The notes beneath the pieces were generated by a model. The model did not search any database. It was not told the DNA's origin and saw nothing but the letters and a program-made list of their open reading frames with translations. The translations under genes and the position numbers were made by a program. From contig NC_042999.1 in NCBI RefSeq assembly GCF_006345805.1, forward strand, positions 119,660,001-119,724,000: DNA of 64,000 nucleotides, read 5' to 3'. The DNA is from Octopus sinensis (lineage: Eukaryota). Shown here piece by piece: positions 36,640 to 50,065 of this stretch. Numbering within the stretch: the stretch's first letter is position 1; every line of letters starts with the position of its first letter.

Positions 36640-36760
36640 TCTTTAACTCGTTTCAGTCATTTGACTGCGTCCATGCTGGAGCACCGCGTGTTCTCGAACG
36701 AATCGACCCCAGGACTTATTCTTTGTAAGTCTAGTACTTATTCTATTAGTCTCTTGCGTG
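36640..36760 (-). mobile_element. SINE family A 3' half
   Basis: gtttcagtcatttgactgcgtccatgctggagcaccgc...ggacttattctttgtaag. Confidence 0.75.
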
Positions 36761-36807
36761 TGTGTGTGTGTGTGTTATTATATATACACACACACATGTA
36801 TATATGT

Positions 36808-36886
36808 ATATATACACGAGCACCTTATATGCACACAGTAGTGCACGCGCAAGCAAGCATAATTGTGGGCGTGTTTTTGAGACATA
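36808..36886 (-). repeat. Inverted copy of the end of the tandem-duplication unit
   Basis: Reverse complement of about 34026-34105 and 35392-35470, with 1 mismatch. Confidence 0.9.
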
Positions 36887-37008
36887 TCTTTTATTAAACA
36901 TTTAATATTTTTGATATTTATAAAAAAATAAATAAATAAAAATAAATAAATAAATTAATTAATTAATAAATAAAATAATATATAAATATAAAAATATACA
37001 TACATACA

Positions 37009-37039
<31 letters not shown>

Positions 37040-37274
37040 TTGTATATATATATAAAATTTATAAGTTTAAATTATTTAAATAATTTTTTATTTTTAACTT
37101 TTATATTTTAAAATTAATTTTATGTATTGGCTTATACTTTTCCCTGTTTGATTTGCCTAATAGTGGTTTTATCTCTAATTTAATATAATATAATATATTT
37201 ATACCATAAAATTGGATTTAATCCTAAATCTAATTTTTCCCTGTAAGTTTGGATTTATTCCCTAATATTATATA

Positions 37275-37443
37275 TATACGACGGGCTTCTTTCAGTTTCC
37301 GTCTACCAAATCTACCCACAAGGCTTTGGTCGGCCCGAGGCTATAGTAGAAGACACTTACCCAATGTGCCATCTAGTGGGGATGAACCCGGAACCATGTG
37401 GTTGGGAAGCAAGCTTCTTACCACACAGCCGCACCTGCGCCTG
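37275..37443 (-). mobile_element. SINE family A 5' head
   Basis: acgacgggcttctttcagtttccgtctacc...accacacagccgcacctgcgcct. Confidence 0.75.
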
Positions 37444-37514
37444 TATATATATACAAGGAGAGGGAGAAAGAGAGAGAGAGAGAAAGAAAGATATAGATAG
37501 ATAAGTAGATAGAT

Positions 37515-37559
<45 letters not shown>

Positions 37560-38559
37560 AGTGACAGGCCCACATAAATATAATTAGATACTCTCAGGGG
37601 CACACAGACTCTGAATAGTATGTCACTTCATTCATAAGCCGTTTCTGCGTGAGGATTCGCCTGTGGTTCCTTTATTGCCCATATTATGATGTATAGCGAT
37701 ACTGACATGCTCTTCGCTTATGTCTTAAATGCAAATACTTTGTATGAGTGGCACAATGTCATTTGTGATTGTGAATCGAAAAGACATATGGAGTGGTAGA
37801 TACAGTAGAATGCATGGCTAAATGCATTTCCTATTTCAGTTGTCGTCTTTACATGTGATTTTAAATCTTATTGCAGTCAACTTTTAGCATACTTTAGCGG
37901 ATGATAAATTAAGTACCAAGGCTTAGCCAAGATTGATTCAATTAACGTTACCTTCCTTCTAAAAAACTGTAAGTTTTTGCAAATGTAAAATATCTTTATT
38001 GAGTATGATGTATAAAGTGGTAATAAGATGTGCCATGTTTGATATTTTTGAAGCAAATGTAAATTTGTTATTGCTAAGAAAGGATTCTTGTCAGTGTATT
38101 CAAGATTTAAATTGTTGCTGGTTAGCTTTAGCTCATCTTTAACTGAGTATGCATGTGATCAAAACTGTTCCAGCCGTGACCATCCTGTCGGTTTAAACAG
38201 ATACAGTATATCTGTGATACAATATCCAGAATAGCATTTAACTTTTGGAGAATGTTATATGAAGAATATTTCGCTGCTATATCTAGCAAATTGATTGATC
38301 ACATAGGCACTCCTTTGTTGACTCGAAGGTTGTAGATTTTGTTGGCAATGCCCTTAGTGGTGTATTCTGTTGCGGGAATGCGAGAATATTTGATTTTAAT
38401 GAAAATAGTTATTTGTCCTAGGATTGGTTTGTAACCACTATGGATAAACCATTTTAAAGATGCAAAGGTATAAATATCGCAGTAAGTTATTGTTATTAAT
38501 ATTATTAAAAATAAAAGAAATCATAATTATTATTGTTGTTTTTGCTATTATGATGTAGT

Positions 38560-38775
38560 CCCCGACTGCGAGCTTACTAAATCGTTAGTACGCCGGAAAA
38601 AATGTTTTACAGCATTTCGTCCGTCTTTACGTTCTGGGTTCAAATTTCCACTGAGGTCGACTTTGCCTTTCATCCCTTCGGGGTTGATAAAATAAATACC
38701 AGTTGAACACTGAGGTTGAACTAATAAGACTTGCTTCTCCCCTCAAGGTTTCAGTCTGTATGCCAAAATTTGAAG
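38560..38775 (+). mobile_element. SINE family B copy
   Basis: ctgggttcaaatttcc...gactttgcctttcatcccttcggggttgataaaataaataccag. Confidence 0.75.
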
Positions 38776-38851
38776 TCATCATCATTATTAAAAATAAATG
38801 AAATTATAATTATTGCTGTTGTTGTTGTTGTTGTTGTTGTTGGTATTATTA

Positions 38852-38904
<53 letters not shown>

Positions 38905-38929
38905 ATTATTATTATTATTATTATTGCTT

Positions 38930-40555
38930 TAGCACAGCTTCTAATGCTGGAGATGTACTACAGTGTCAGTTGTTCACTACCAGTGAACTCAGGTAGCACC
39001 TCTTACTTTTCGAGCACCTTCCGGAGTATTCGAGCGGTTCCAAGCAGTGCTGTTTTCTGCAGGTGCTCCACCCTTATTGTAGCCCCTATTTGTTCCATGT
39101 ACTTTTCGAGATTTTTGCTTACTGTTCCCAGGGCTCCGACAATTATTGGTACTACTATTACCGTTTTCATCGACCAAAACTGCTTAACTTCCCAAGCTAA
39201 TATGACATATCTATCAACTTTTCTTTCTTCCTTATCACATACCTTGTTGTCAGCTGGGTATGCTATATCTATGATCCAGCATAGTTTGTTTTCTTTCTCA
39301 ATTAAGACTATGTCCGGCTTCCTATTCTCTATCTCATGGTCACACTGAATCATAAAATCCCTTAAGATCTTTGCATTTCTATTTTCGACGATGCCTTCAG
39401 GTTTGTGGTCGTACCAATTTTTTGCTCTGTCAAGCCCATACTTGTTGCAGAGTGTCCAATGGACAAGCCTGGCTATATTGTCGTAGTATCTCTTATATTC
39501 CTTGGGCTAGTGGCGTACATTGGCTGGTAATATGCCATACGGTTTCACCGTTTTGTCCATAGATTCTGCACTTAACACTTTCTGCTGTGTTGTCTATTCT
39601 GTATTTTATGTAGTTTGTTTTTAGTGCTTGCTCTTGGGCAGCACAGATTAGAGCCTCTGTTTCCGGTTTTAAATCACTTTTACTCATCCACAGCCATCTT
39701 TTTTCTCTGAATGTCTTATCTTCAACATCCCTATGAAATTGACCATGCGTACTTTTCTTTACCTACCTATTTTCAGTTTCATTCGTTTTCAATTTGATGT
39801 ATAGTTCTTCATCTTTGCAATCATCCGACACAAACCTGACCTTCTTACTTCTAATAAGAGCGGTTCTGTGGCATTTTTTTACATACCATACTCTGTTGTT
39901 TTCTTCTGCTCTAATGTTGTGTTCGCATAATAAGCCCTCTTCCCCCTCTTTCTCTTGGTACATACAATCTGTCTGTGTCACTTTTTTGGTGGAGTGACCC
40001 ATATCTAGTTAGCAACTTCCTTGTCTTTCTGTCTAAACTGTTTAGTTCGTCTACTGTCTATGCGATTAACCCTGCTCCATATCTAAGGATTGAAACCGCC
40101 CAGGTGTTGATAGCTTCAATCTTATTCCGTCCATTAATTTCATCTTAAGGATCAGTCTCAGACTGCGTAAGCATTCCACCTTAAATTTTTCTGTCATTTC
40201 TTTCTCCATCAATTTATCCATTACCAAAGTCCCCAAGTACTTATAGCCTGTCTCTTCTATCTGCTTCATAACCTCCCACGACGGTATCGTTAGCCCGTCC
40301 ATACATTTGATTTTGCCTCTCTTCAAGACTAATACACCACACTTTCTCAGTCCGAACTCCATTCTGATATCAGCACTTAAGGTATACACCTTATCAACGA
40401 GGGAACTGACTTGGGCTTCATCTTTACCATAAAGTTTGAGGTCATCCATGAATAACAAATGGTTGACATTTTGCCGGTGGCTTTTGAATACATACCCAGC
40501 TTTTGCTTTCCTCAGAATCAGTGTTAGTGGTATCAAGCACAGTACAAAGATCAGT
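38930..40555 (-). mobile_element. Best-preserved R4/Dong-type element J, 5'-truncated (RT motif C to REL to 3' tail)
   Basis: ORFs 40066-40536 (VNHLLFMDDLKLYGK...GYKYLG), 39493-39687 (ETEALICAAQEQAL...KCRIYG...ETVWHITSQC) and 39003-39353 (RKPDIVLIEK...IIDIAYP...KVDRY...IIVGALG...TARILRKVL). (ATT)n on both flanks. Confidence 0.9.
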
Positions 40556-40572
40556 TATTATTGTTATTATTG

Positions 40573-40623
<51 letters not shown>

Positions 40624-40697
40624 TATTATTATTATTATTATTATAATTATTATTGTTGTTGTTATTGTTGTTGTTGTTGTTGTTGTTATATGGTCCC

Positions 40698-40905
40698 TTG
40701 AGCGGTGGCAGAGTCGTTACTGCGTCGCACAAAATACTTAGTGGCCTTTCTTCTGGCTTTACGTCCTAAGTTCAAATTTCGCCGAGGTCGACTTTGTCAT
40801 TCATCCTTTCGGGGTCGATAAAAGAAGTAGCAGTCGAGCACTGGGATCGTTGTAGTAGATTAGCCTCCCGACCCTTAACATTTCAGGCTTTGTGCCTCCA
40901 GAAGG
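40698..40905 (+). mobile_element. SINE family B copy
   Basis: agcggtggcagagtcgttac...aagttcaaatttcgccgaggtcgactttg...tcctttcggggtcgataaaa. Confidence 0.75.
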
Positions 40906-41881
40906 ATGGATTATTATGTAGTCCCTGTTCAGCCTTGATCGATCATTTGTATGGCATAATAAACATTTGATCGATCTTCCCAATGATACGATGTCGCTGC
41001 CTGGCAAAAACATATAGGTGCTAAATGAAAGTTTAAACTATTCTTTTCATTTGGTAGCTACCTTTTTTTCTGTCCAGTCTACTCGTAGATTCTGATAGTT
41101 GCAACAAATGAGACAATCATGGTAAGCTGGGACAGAACACGGCACTTTCTGTTCCTTTGCACTTATTGTTGATGGTGTGGATTTCAGCACAATATTTGGG
41201 TTCTGTAAGGTTGCTGGTTTTGCTGCTATTTCTGTGTGCACCTGGCTGTATTCCTGTCTGAGTTGAATAGAAGATAGTACTTTTAGAATGTTCGGATATT
41301 GCTATATGGTATTTCATAGTTTTTGGGTTGTAATGGCAGCTGTTGTCATTGTAGTAGTCATGAGAGCTGCTGGTGAATAAAAATTTATTCCTACGACTGT
41401 ATGTAAAAGTAATTAATAACACGCACGAACATTCGGGAGAAGCTTTACTGCACATAGTGTTTTCTGTGTTGGCCCTTTGGCAAAAACTAACAACAACAAT
41501 TACACACTGGGAGAGACCTACCACTGAGATCTACGACAATTATTTATCTTGTGATAATAGCAATCTGTGGTTGGCTCGGAAAATAATTGCGCAATATTCG
41601 TGGTGACAAAATGTGTGTCTTCTCACTACTAATGGGTGGTGAAAGAGAAAGGAACGACTGTCTCACTATTCTATGAACAGCTGCCTCACATTCTTCGATT
41701 ACTACCAAAAACCACCCATATATAGAGATCAAAGAGGAAGTTCTAGAAAGTCAAATTATGCGACAGACTGGCGCTGATTGGTCGTTTAATCGACCGATCA
41801 AGTGAAACGACAGTGGTCTCATCGTGGTGTCTGTTCGGCTATTACGTTATTCGATTTCGAATCCGCTACATGATGTTTTGC

Positions 41882-42276
41882 GGATCTTTTCGGTTTGAAC
41901 GGCAGTTTTTTCTCGCGGTGTCATATGAAATTGTCACCCATAATTATGACCCTAGTATCGATCTATTGCATTTCAATCTGTTTTAGGGTTAGGGTTAGGG
42001 GTGGGGGAAGGGTATCTTTTTTTCTTCAGAAATGTAAATAAACCCAATCTGTTTCTTAAACGAGGGACATATTCATACGACACAGAATGTTTTCACCTCA
42101 ATAGACATCACTGATTGGTTGAAATTGCAGAAATTGAAGAAAAAAACTATAGAATTTTCTCAATAAAGCCAAGAGAAAATATGTTTTATAAACACATTCT
42201 ACCAGTATACGAAGTTTAAAAGTGTTTAGTTACGTGAAAATTATTTTAAAAACTGCCGTTCAAACCGAAAAGATCC
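41882..42276. mobile_element. MITE (395 bp) with perfect 29-bp TIRs, 7-bp TSD and internal (TTAGGG)3
   Basis: TIR ggatcttttcggtttgaacggcagttttt at 41882-41910 and its exact reverse complement at 42248-42276. gttttgc at 41875-41881 and 42277-42283; TTAGGG x3 at 41983-42000. Confidence 0.92.
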
Positions 42277-42690
42277 GTTTTGCTGTAGTGACAGAAGCCC
42301 GTGTGGGTTGAAACTTGTTGCAGCAACAAACCCTGACTTTTTGCATCCCCAGATGTTATTACCATTTTAGTAAATTTTTTTCCGGTTGGTCGGTGGCTAG
42401 TGTAAGTGGTTTGAAGAGTTTGTGAGGATGGGTAGGGTGCTGTTTTGGGTTCTTTGTAATTAACTGTAGTCTGTTGTTGGAAACTAAGGGTTCATGATGA
42501 ATTTTATATATTATCTATACATGTTTATTTCTTTTGATCAATTCCGCTACCTGTGATTACTCAAAGTATGTTTAGGCATCGTTTTGCTCTTTTTGTTGGT
42601 TTTGTGCTTCTTCTAAATACGGAGGAGTTGTTTTTAACTGCAAATTCTTTGTTTTTTCTCTCTCTCACTCTCTCTCTCACTCTCTATCTA

Positions 42691-42739
<49 letters not shown>

Positions 42740-45249
42740 ATGCATGTATGTGTTTGCAGTATGATAATGGTTTTAAGGTGACTGATCTAAGGTAGCGTCA
42801 AAAGAGTTACGTAGCTAGAAAACGTGTATATTTAGTCTGTGTTTCTGTTTTCTGTGCGTTCGTTTCGATGGCTGATTTTCGAGCTATGATAGCAGTGTGG
42901 GTATATTATTTGAGGTTATATTGTGAGGTGATACAGTTGATTAATCTGTATAATGTTTTACTGCAAGGATTTTTTTCTTTTCAGATAACTAATATTTGTA
43001 AAATTTCTGTTTTTGAAAAATTTGATATTTTATTTGTTTTATTTTAGTTGTTTGACGGTAAATTTTATTTCGGTTGTGTAAAGTGTTAATGTATTGTTTG
43101 ATGTTGTCTCTGGTTTTCATGGAGTTGTCTATGTCTGCCATGTAACTGGGCCTGTAGTTTTCATATTAACTTGTCAGATGTAGTTTTTAGATGCAATTAT
43201 AATTATTCAGTTGAATGTAAGTGTCACGAATTGTCTTATGATGTTTGATGCATGCTGCTGTGCTAGCTGGTTGAGTTAATGAATGAAAATACATTTCTTA
43301 GCTGCATGAAGAAGTAAATTAGCAACACCCGCGATCGTTTAACAGAAAAATTTATTGTCGCATATAAAGACAAACTGCGTTGCCATTTTACAGTTAGCAT
43401 CAGCAAAAATTACAGACTGACTGGGAGAAAGATATTGCTCCGAGATAACATAAAGCTATTGGTACGGCAACATGTTGTTTAACCAACATATCTAAAAACA
43501 ACTATGCTATCTTCGTGGCGATGGAAGTTTTTGGTCACCTATCTTAGCTGTCCGTCTGGGCCATCTTCCTGGGTCATCTAGCTGAACTGTCTGACTGTAA
43601 AAATCACGCTGAATGATTTTTATAGGGGACTATAAGCCAAATTCTAGAATGATCGAGAAAACCCCGTCAACGCCAACGCTTTACGCTGATTGGTCGGTTA
43701 ATAGACCGATCACATGAAACTATGGTAGTTTCCTCGTGATGTCTGACAGCACACTTAGGGATTCGGTTTCGAATCAGCGCTATTCATGTATTGCTGGGTA
43801 TTGTTGATTGAAGTGGTAACGAAATTTGAAAACCTTGGTGAAAGTCACTCTTTTGTACCACTTGGAATCTTGTAGAATTATATTCACTTTCGTCGTTGAT
43901 ATTTGTGTTTGTTATAATAATTGATAGGATATCTGAGAAAATTTGAGGAATTACGTGCATGAAGTTTGTGTAAAGTAGGTATGAGGAGCAGAACATGATG
44001 TCTGATGAAGATTTGTTGTAATTGGTCTGATGTGGTATGTGTGTGTGAGTGAGAATTGTTTAGCATGGAGAACTAATTTGTTACAATGATATCACATTAC
44101 TTTTCTTTGATTGTCTATTTGAACATATAGAAATGTGTGTATTGATGTAGCCTCCAAACAGTGCTTGTAATCTTAAAGTGCAGTTGTTTGATCAGGGCTA
44201 ATCTGTCTGGACAACTGATGCGGTTGGTACATATGTTTGTATTGTATTTGAATACATGTGTATTTGTATTATTGTGTTTCTTCTTACAAGATTTTCCCCT
44301 TTTCCTGTGTAGTATCGTTTCACATTAGTTTACGAATGCCATTTTTTACATTTATTTCCTGAATGCAAGATTTTATATATGTTATAAGACCATATCCATT
44401 GTAAAAGCATCTCCCTGAGTATAATTTGGAATGGTGTGCGTTTGATGTTCTGATAGGAATATTTCTGGAACTATTGCTTCATGAACGGCTTAAGTGATGA
44501 TAAAATGTTTTAGTGTCCATAAAGGTATTTTGATGGCGTTATTATAGTATTACCGGATTCCTAGATATTTTGTGTCATGTTTACAAACTTCGTTTTTGTG
44601 CATGAAGCTATAATGCTTAAATATATCCTGTGTGGACTTGGCAGGTTGTGAAAGGTGACAAATGTAGCTCGTGTGTCCCATGTTTTGTTAGTTAGAACGT
44701 CTCAATAAATTTTACTTCTTTAGAGGTATTTCTCATGTCATTAGTACTGATGCATTTTACAGATTTTTGTGCTGTGTAAAGCGTTTGCTTTTAAATGAAC
44801 GCTTTGTACAGATCTGTGTGTATTGAACATAGAGAGTAATATTTCCTGTTTCTATAGAAATTTTATTTTGAGTGTATTTTCTGTCTAATTTATGATTGTT
44901 CTTGTCTCGTGTAAGTATTTTCAAAGAGATTGTAGAGGTGCCAGGACCCGTTTTATGCAGACGTGTAGCTTCTGTCATTCTCAGTTCATTTGGATGCTCT
45001 GAGAGGCATACTTTTGCGTCAAGTGTTTATCGTTCTACCAGCATTGTGGGCTACACATCTTGTATCATTTAAGACATATTGTATTCGGTATTTGTCTATT
45101 CTGTATTGTTAACCATTTTGAAGAATGCTCGGTATTTTTAAGGTAAATTTAATTGTAATTTCTTGCAGGTTATATGATCGTATACAGACTTTCTTGTACA
45201 AATACTAATTGCAATTCTCCTTGTAGTTGATAATTACTGTATAAGAATT

Positions 45250-46500
45250 CTACACCATTTATCTCAATTTTAAGATTCAAGTGAATATTATAAGATCATG
45301 GAAACGTAATCTTTTCTATATTGATTAAATCCATCTTGTGAAAGTTGGAAGAATTAATCTTATACTCAGAAAACTAATTGTAGAGCATGTATGTTCAATA
45401 AGAGAGGTGACCAATGATTGCAAAATCTCAGCCGTCATTGCAAAGCTGGGAGTTTTAGTTGTGTGTTGTTCATGTTCTGAGAAGGAACGCGAGAGAACGC
45501 TTTCGCGGTCTCTGTCCTTTGTCGTTTGACACGAAGTGTTAAGGTTTCATGTAGAAGAATATCTATTGGCAGCAGATTAGGGAGACATGAAAATTGATAT
45601 AATCAGCGTAATAGTAGGTGTGTAGGAGTATATATTGGAATAATAGCAGGAGGTACCGGCATGTCGATCATTGGTATATAGGGAAAAGAGTGCCGAGAGC
45701 AAAATCGAACATTGGGCTAAATCAAGAGGTGTGAGTCAAAAGACGACTCCATCAGTACACTCCGTGGTGTTATGATCTAATGAAAATTCTTTGTTTCAAG
45801 AGACAAGGGTACGAGCCTATAGAAATGACATTTAGTTTGGGAAAATACTTTATAGAGAGGTCTCATTGCTTTGCTTTCGTCTGGAGCTGCAAAATTATTT
45901 CACATAAATTTCTCCATGGAGGTAAGCTCGCTAGTGAATGTCAAAAGAAGTGGATCTCCTTTAGGTCTGGGTCACGGGAGAACATATATTGGGGGGTCGT
46001 AAATAAAGAAGAATTCTTGATGCCGGAGAATGTGACTTTTAACAACTATCTCCAATACCTTTGAATTGGAGAGCAATAGATTGAAAGTTGATGGGATCAG
46101 TGAGGTTGCCTATTTTGGGAATGGGACCATAGATCAGGATATACACTGGAGTTTGAGATGAAGGCTTCCATTATAAATATGTTCATTATACTGACATAGC
46201 TGGGAGAGGGGAGGGGGAAAGGGAGAGGGGGAGTAAGGAGAAAGAGAAAAGAGGGGCAAGAAAGAGGGGAAGAGGGAGACAAGGAGAAAGAAGGGGAAGA
46301 AAGAGGAGGAGAGAAAGAGGGGGAGGAGAAATGGAAGAGTTTGATGATGATAGGAGTAGTTCTTTGGATGTATTATCTGAGGATAATAAGAGGGACTCTA
46401 TCAGGTTTGGTGACCTTTAGGTTGAAGTGACTGGAGTTTTTACAGCAATTAGTGAGTATGTGAATATGCGGCAACCAGCCATTAACGTTCCTTTTCACCC
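45250..46500 (-). mobile_element. Degraded CR1/L2/Jockey-group reverse transcriptase
   Basis: Minus strand, in expected order: KVTKPDRVPLIILR (about 46380-46420), PIPKIGNLTDPINFQSIAL then SKVLE (46040-46126), QCSILLSALFSLYTND (45661-45720). Purine tract inserted at 46200-46335. Confidence 0.65.
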
Positions 46501-47544
46501 TTGTGAACAATAAGCTATAACGTATATTCAGGGAAAGATATTAATATAGTTTGACACTGATTTGACATAAGAGGAAAGACTACTGCACTAATTTGGAAAT
46601 ATGATGTAAATGGACAGTAAGTGCAACATGAAAAGAAGGCTGTATACTAACAGTCAAACATATTAGTGATAAAGGAAGACAGGTTGTAACAGAGCAGCGT
46701 TTTAGATGTAGAACTATATTCCAAAGAGAATATGGTTCTACATCCAAGGAAAAGTCTCATGGCTAAGTTCTTTCTTGAAGTTTCAAGCCTCAAGTTAATT
46801 GAAACTGAAGACAATTGAATTAGGGTATTGAACTTTTATTGGGGAAAAACTACAACAACAGAACAGAAGACAAAAGAAAGTGATGGGACTAGATGTGAAG
46901 ATACTGGTTTTTCTTGGATGAGATAATGCAGATGACATCATCATCATCATCATCATCATCATCACTTTCATCATCATTTTTGCATTTGCTTTTTCCATGT
47001 TGGCATGGTGCTTGCTTAAATACAATGTTCAATACATTCAATTTCACCATAAGCAATGTTACTGAATTTTTGCATAGCATGAACTCATATGAGTGTATGT
47101 ATTCTGTTATGTGCTAATTTTAAAAATAAGACTAAACTACTGTATCCTTGATCTGGCTGATCAGAGTTGACTAGAGCTAGCCAAGAACAAACAAAAAAAA
47201 AGTAATTAAATTCACCAGAACAAAAAAAAAAGCAATTAAATTCACCAGACATATGCCAAGGCCAGTTTAAAGAACTATACACCTCATCTTCGTATAAAGT
47301 TGAGTATTTAGTTTATTTCTCTGGGTTGTGAGGTTGAATTTCACATAAGCTACCTTTTTATTTTCTCACACGTTGTAACAGAGTAATTCTGATATACTTC
47401 ATTATAATCATTTGCCCTCCAAAACCAACCATTGTTTTGTAAGAAATAACTCATTATTCTAATAATTTTTCTCTGCCACTTACAATTTCTGGCTTTGTGT
47501 ACATGCTAGCATAATTGATAAAATTGGGAAAATACCTTCAATAT

Positions 47545-47750
47545 TTACTTGGCTGAGTCGTTAGCACACTGGACAAAATGCTTAGTGACATTTCATCAAA
47601 CTTTACATTCTGAGTTCAAATTCTACCAAAGTCGACTCTGCCCTATCATTCTTTCAGAGTCAATAAAATAAGTACCAGTTGAGTATAGGGATTGTTGTAT
47701 TTGACTTAGCCTCTCCACTGAAATTGTAGGCTTTGTACCAAAATTTAAAA
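47545..47750 (+). mobile_element. SINE family B copy
   Basis: ttggctgagtcgttagcac...ctgagttcaaattctacc...aataaaataagtaccag. Confidence 0.75.
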
Positions 47751-48769
47751 CCAGTAGTTAATTACATACCTTTACATCTGGAGTAAACAGGAAAACAAAA
47801 CAATCAGTAGTCTACAAAATACATAGCATACAAATATTGCTGCTAATTTAATCTCGTATGTCATTTCCCCAAAGTATATGACTATGCATCTATGATAAAA
47901 ATCAAATTTATAAGGTGGTTTGCACAAATACTATATAGTGTTGGACTATATGATTTACAGTAGGAAGTCTTGTGTCTCACTGTTCTTATATCACAACAGT
48001 AACAAAAATATGACCGTTATGGTATTTCTCTGAATGAGACTGTGACCAGATATCAAATCAGTCTTTACATATGATACTATGAAATCACAACTATATCCAA
48101 TACTACCATCATAGCTTTCACTACCAGCCATAGTAATCTCATAGGTAAGAGAGAAAGAGAGGCTTTTTTTTAATCATTTTATTTTATCGCATTCAATATT
48201 TCCCCATTTCTTCTTTCATAAGCAACTGAGTGCAATACAGATGTTCCTACCAAGATATAGTCTTTGAAATAATACAAAATATATCTTAGCAATCATCTTC
48301 CTTTCTTAATTTTCTTTTTCTTTTATATTATATATTTTATTTTATTTATTTATTTATTATTTTGGTTTTCTTGGTTTAGTGCCAGCAAAGGTTGTAGAGA
48401 TAACAAGGGTCCAGAACCTTGAGAAAGAAGTATAGAAATTCTCTTAGAGAGATATATCATAATCTTTGGCTTTCCACTGTTGAAGCAAAAATATTTCTTG
48501 ATAACCATATTCGAAATAGAAGCAAGTTTTCCTTCCAATTATTTATTACTAAACAGCCTTTTGACATCTTCTGGCAAATGTTTATACTGAAAAATGTCAA
48601 AATACTTCATGTAACTATTTTAATTTCTTTTTCTGCTTTTTTAGTGTATATGTGTGGTTATTTTCTACAATTGCACCACAATAACTTGGGTATAAATATA
48701 TAATGTCAGATAAAAAGTAAGTAAAACAATTTTAGCAAGATATAATATGTGTGTGTGTGCATGTACATG

Positions 48770-48813
<44 letters not shown>

Positions 48814-49039
48814 CGCACACACACATATACATACTTACACATATACACAAACTTACATACATATAATTGTACTTATACATATACATACACACACACATAT
48901 ATATACATATATACATACAAACAGGTATATGCATGTAGATACACACATAAATATATACTTATACATGCACAAACACACACACACATACACATATAACCAG
49001 AAGAATACCATGATAACAAAAATATTAGTAACTTTGCCG

Positions 49040-49171
49040 CCATCATCACCAAAACAACCCTATGGCAATAGAACTGCAAACAGTAACAGCAGTAACAACA
49101 ACAACAACAAAAACAGAATGGCAATTCTGACGATGATGACAACAACAACACAACAACAACAACAATAATAA

Positions 49172-49210
<39 letters not shown>

Positions 49211-49256
49211 CATTATTATTATTATTATTATTATTATATTATTATTATTATTATTG

Positions 49257-49302
<46 letters not shown>

Positions 49303-49413
49303 TTTCATTTATTTTCCACAACAGCGAAGGATGAGGGGAGCAATACAGAGGCAGACAATGATGATGATGATGATGATGATAAAAATAAAAATAACAGCAA
49401 CAGCAACAACAGC

Positions 49414-49470
<57 letters not shown>

Positions 49471-50026
49471 GCAATAATAATGATAATGATTATATCATTA
49501 TTATTATTATTATAACGAGGATAAAGATAAAAACTAATAATCCTCCTCCTCCTACTACTACTACTACCATTGTTACTACATTTTAGTACTGCTTTAGACT
49601 GAGTGATCGCCATCAACAAGTGCAGGAATATACTATTATTAGTAGTATTAATAGAATTTGCATAATAAGTGGTAGTAGTGGCAGTGGTATTGGTAGATGT
49701 ATAGTGGTGGTATCGATAGTGGTGATAGGCTAAAAAAAATGTTCTTGTATACACTAATATAAAAAAAAGTATAGCATCTGCAATATTAACAACCATAACA
49801 TCAACAATAACAATATTGATGCTGATAATGCTGTTATTGTTGATGTGTATGATGATTTTGATTATGATGATGACCTTAGTAATAGTCATAACAACAACAA
49901 CAACAACAACAATGAAGAAGAAGAACAACAACAATAATAATAACAATAGTAATAATAATAAAAATAATAATGATGATGATGATGATGATGATACTGATGA
50001 TGATGATGATAATGATGATGATGATG

Positions 50027-50065
<39 letters not shown>

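Noticed and set aside
7800-40555. Claim that all R4/Dong copies are on one strand
   Set aside because: A plus-strand fragment exists at 22160-22480; reported only as a bias.
41983-42000. Interstitial telomere or chromosome-fusion scar
   Set aside because: Only three units, lying inside a TIR/TSD-bounded MITE; no inverted CCCTAA array.
43800-45250. Possible LINE endonuclease or RT C-terminus on the minus strand (KYLGIR at about 44560)
   Set aside because: Single short motif; could be a continuation of the 45250-46500 remnant but cannot be supported without alignment.
47190-47250. 30-bp tandem duplication (also 19-bp at about 2480 and 12-bp at about 36000); CRISPR-like repeat considered
   Set aside because: Two adjacent units without spacers in eukaryotic DNA; ordinary slippage duplications.
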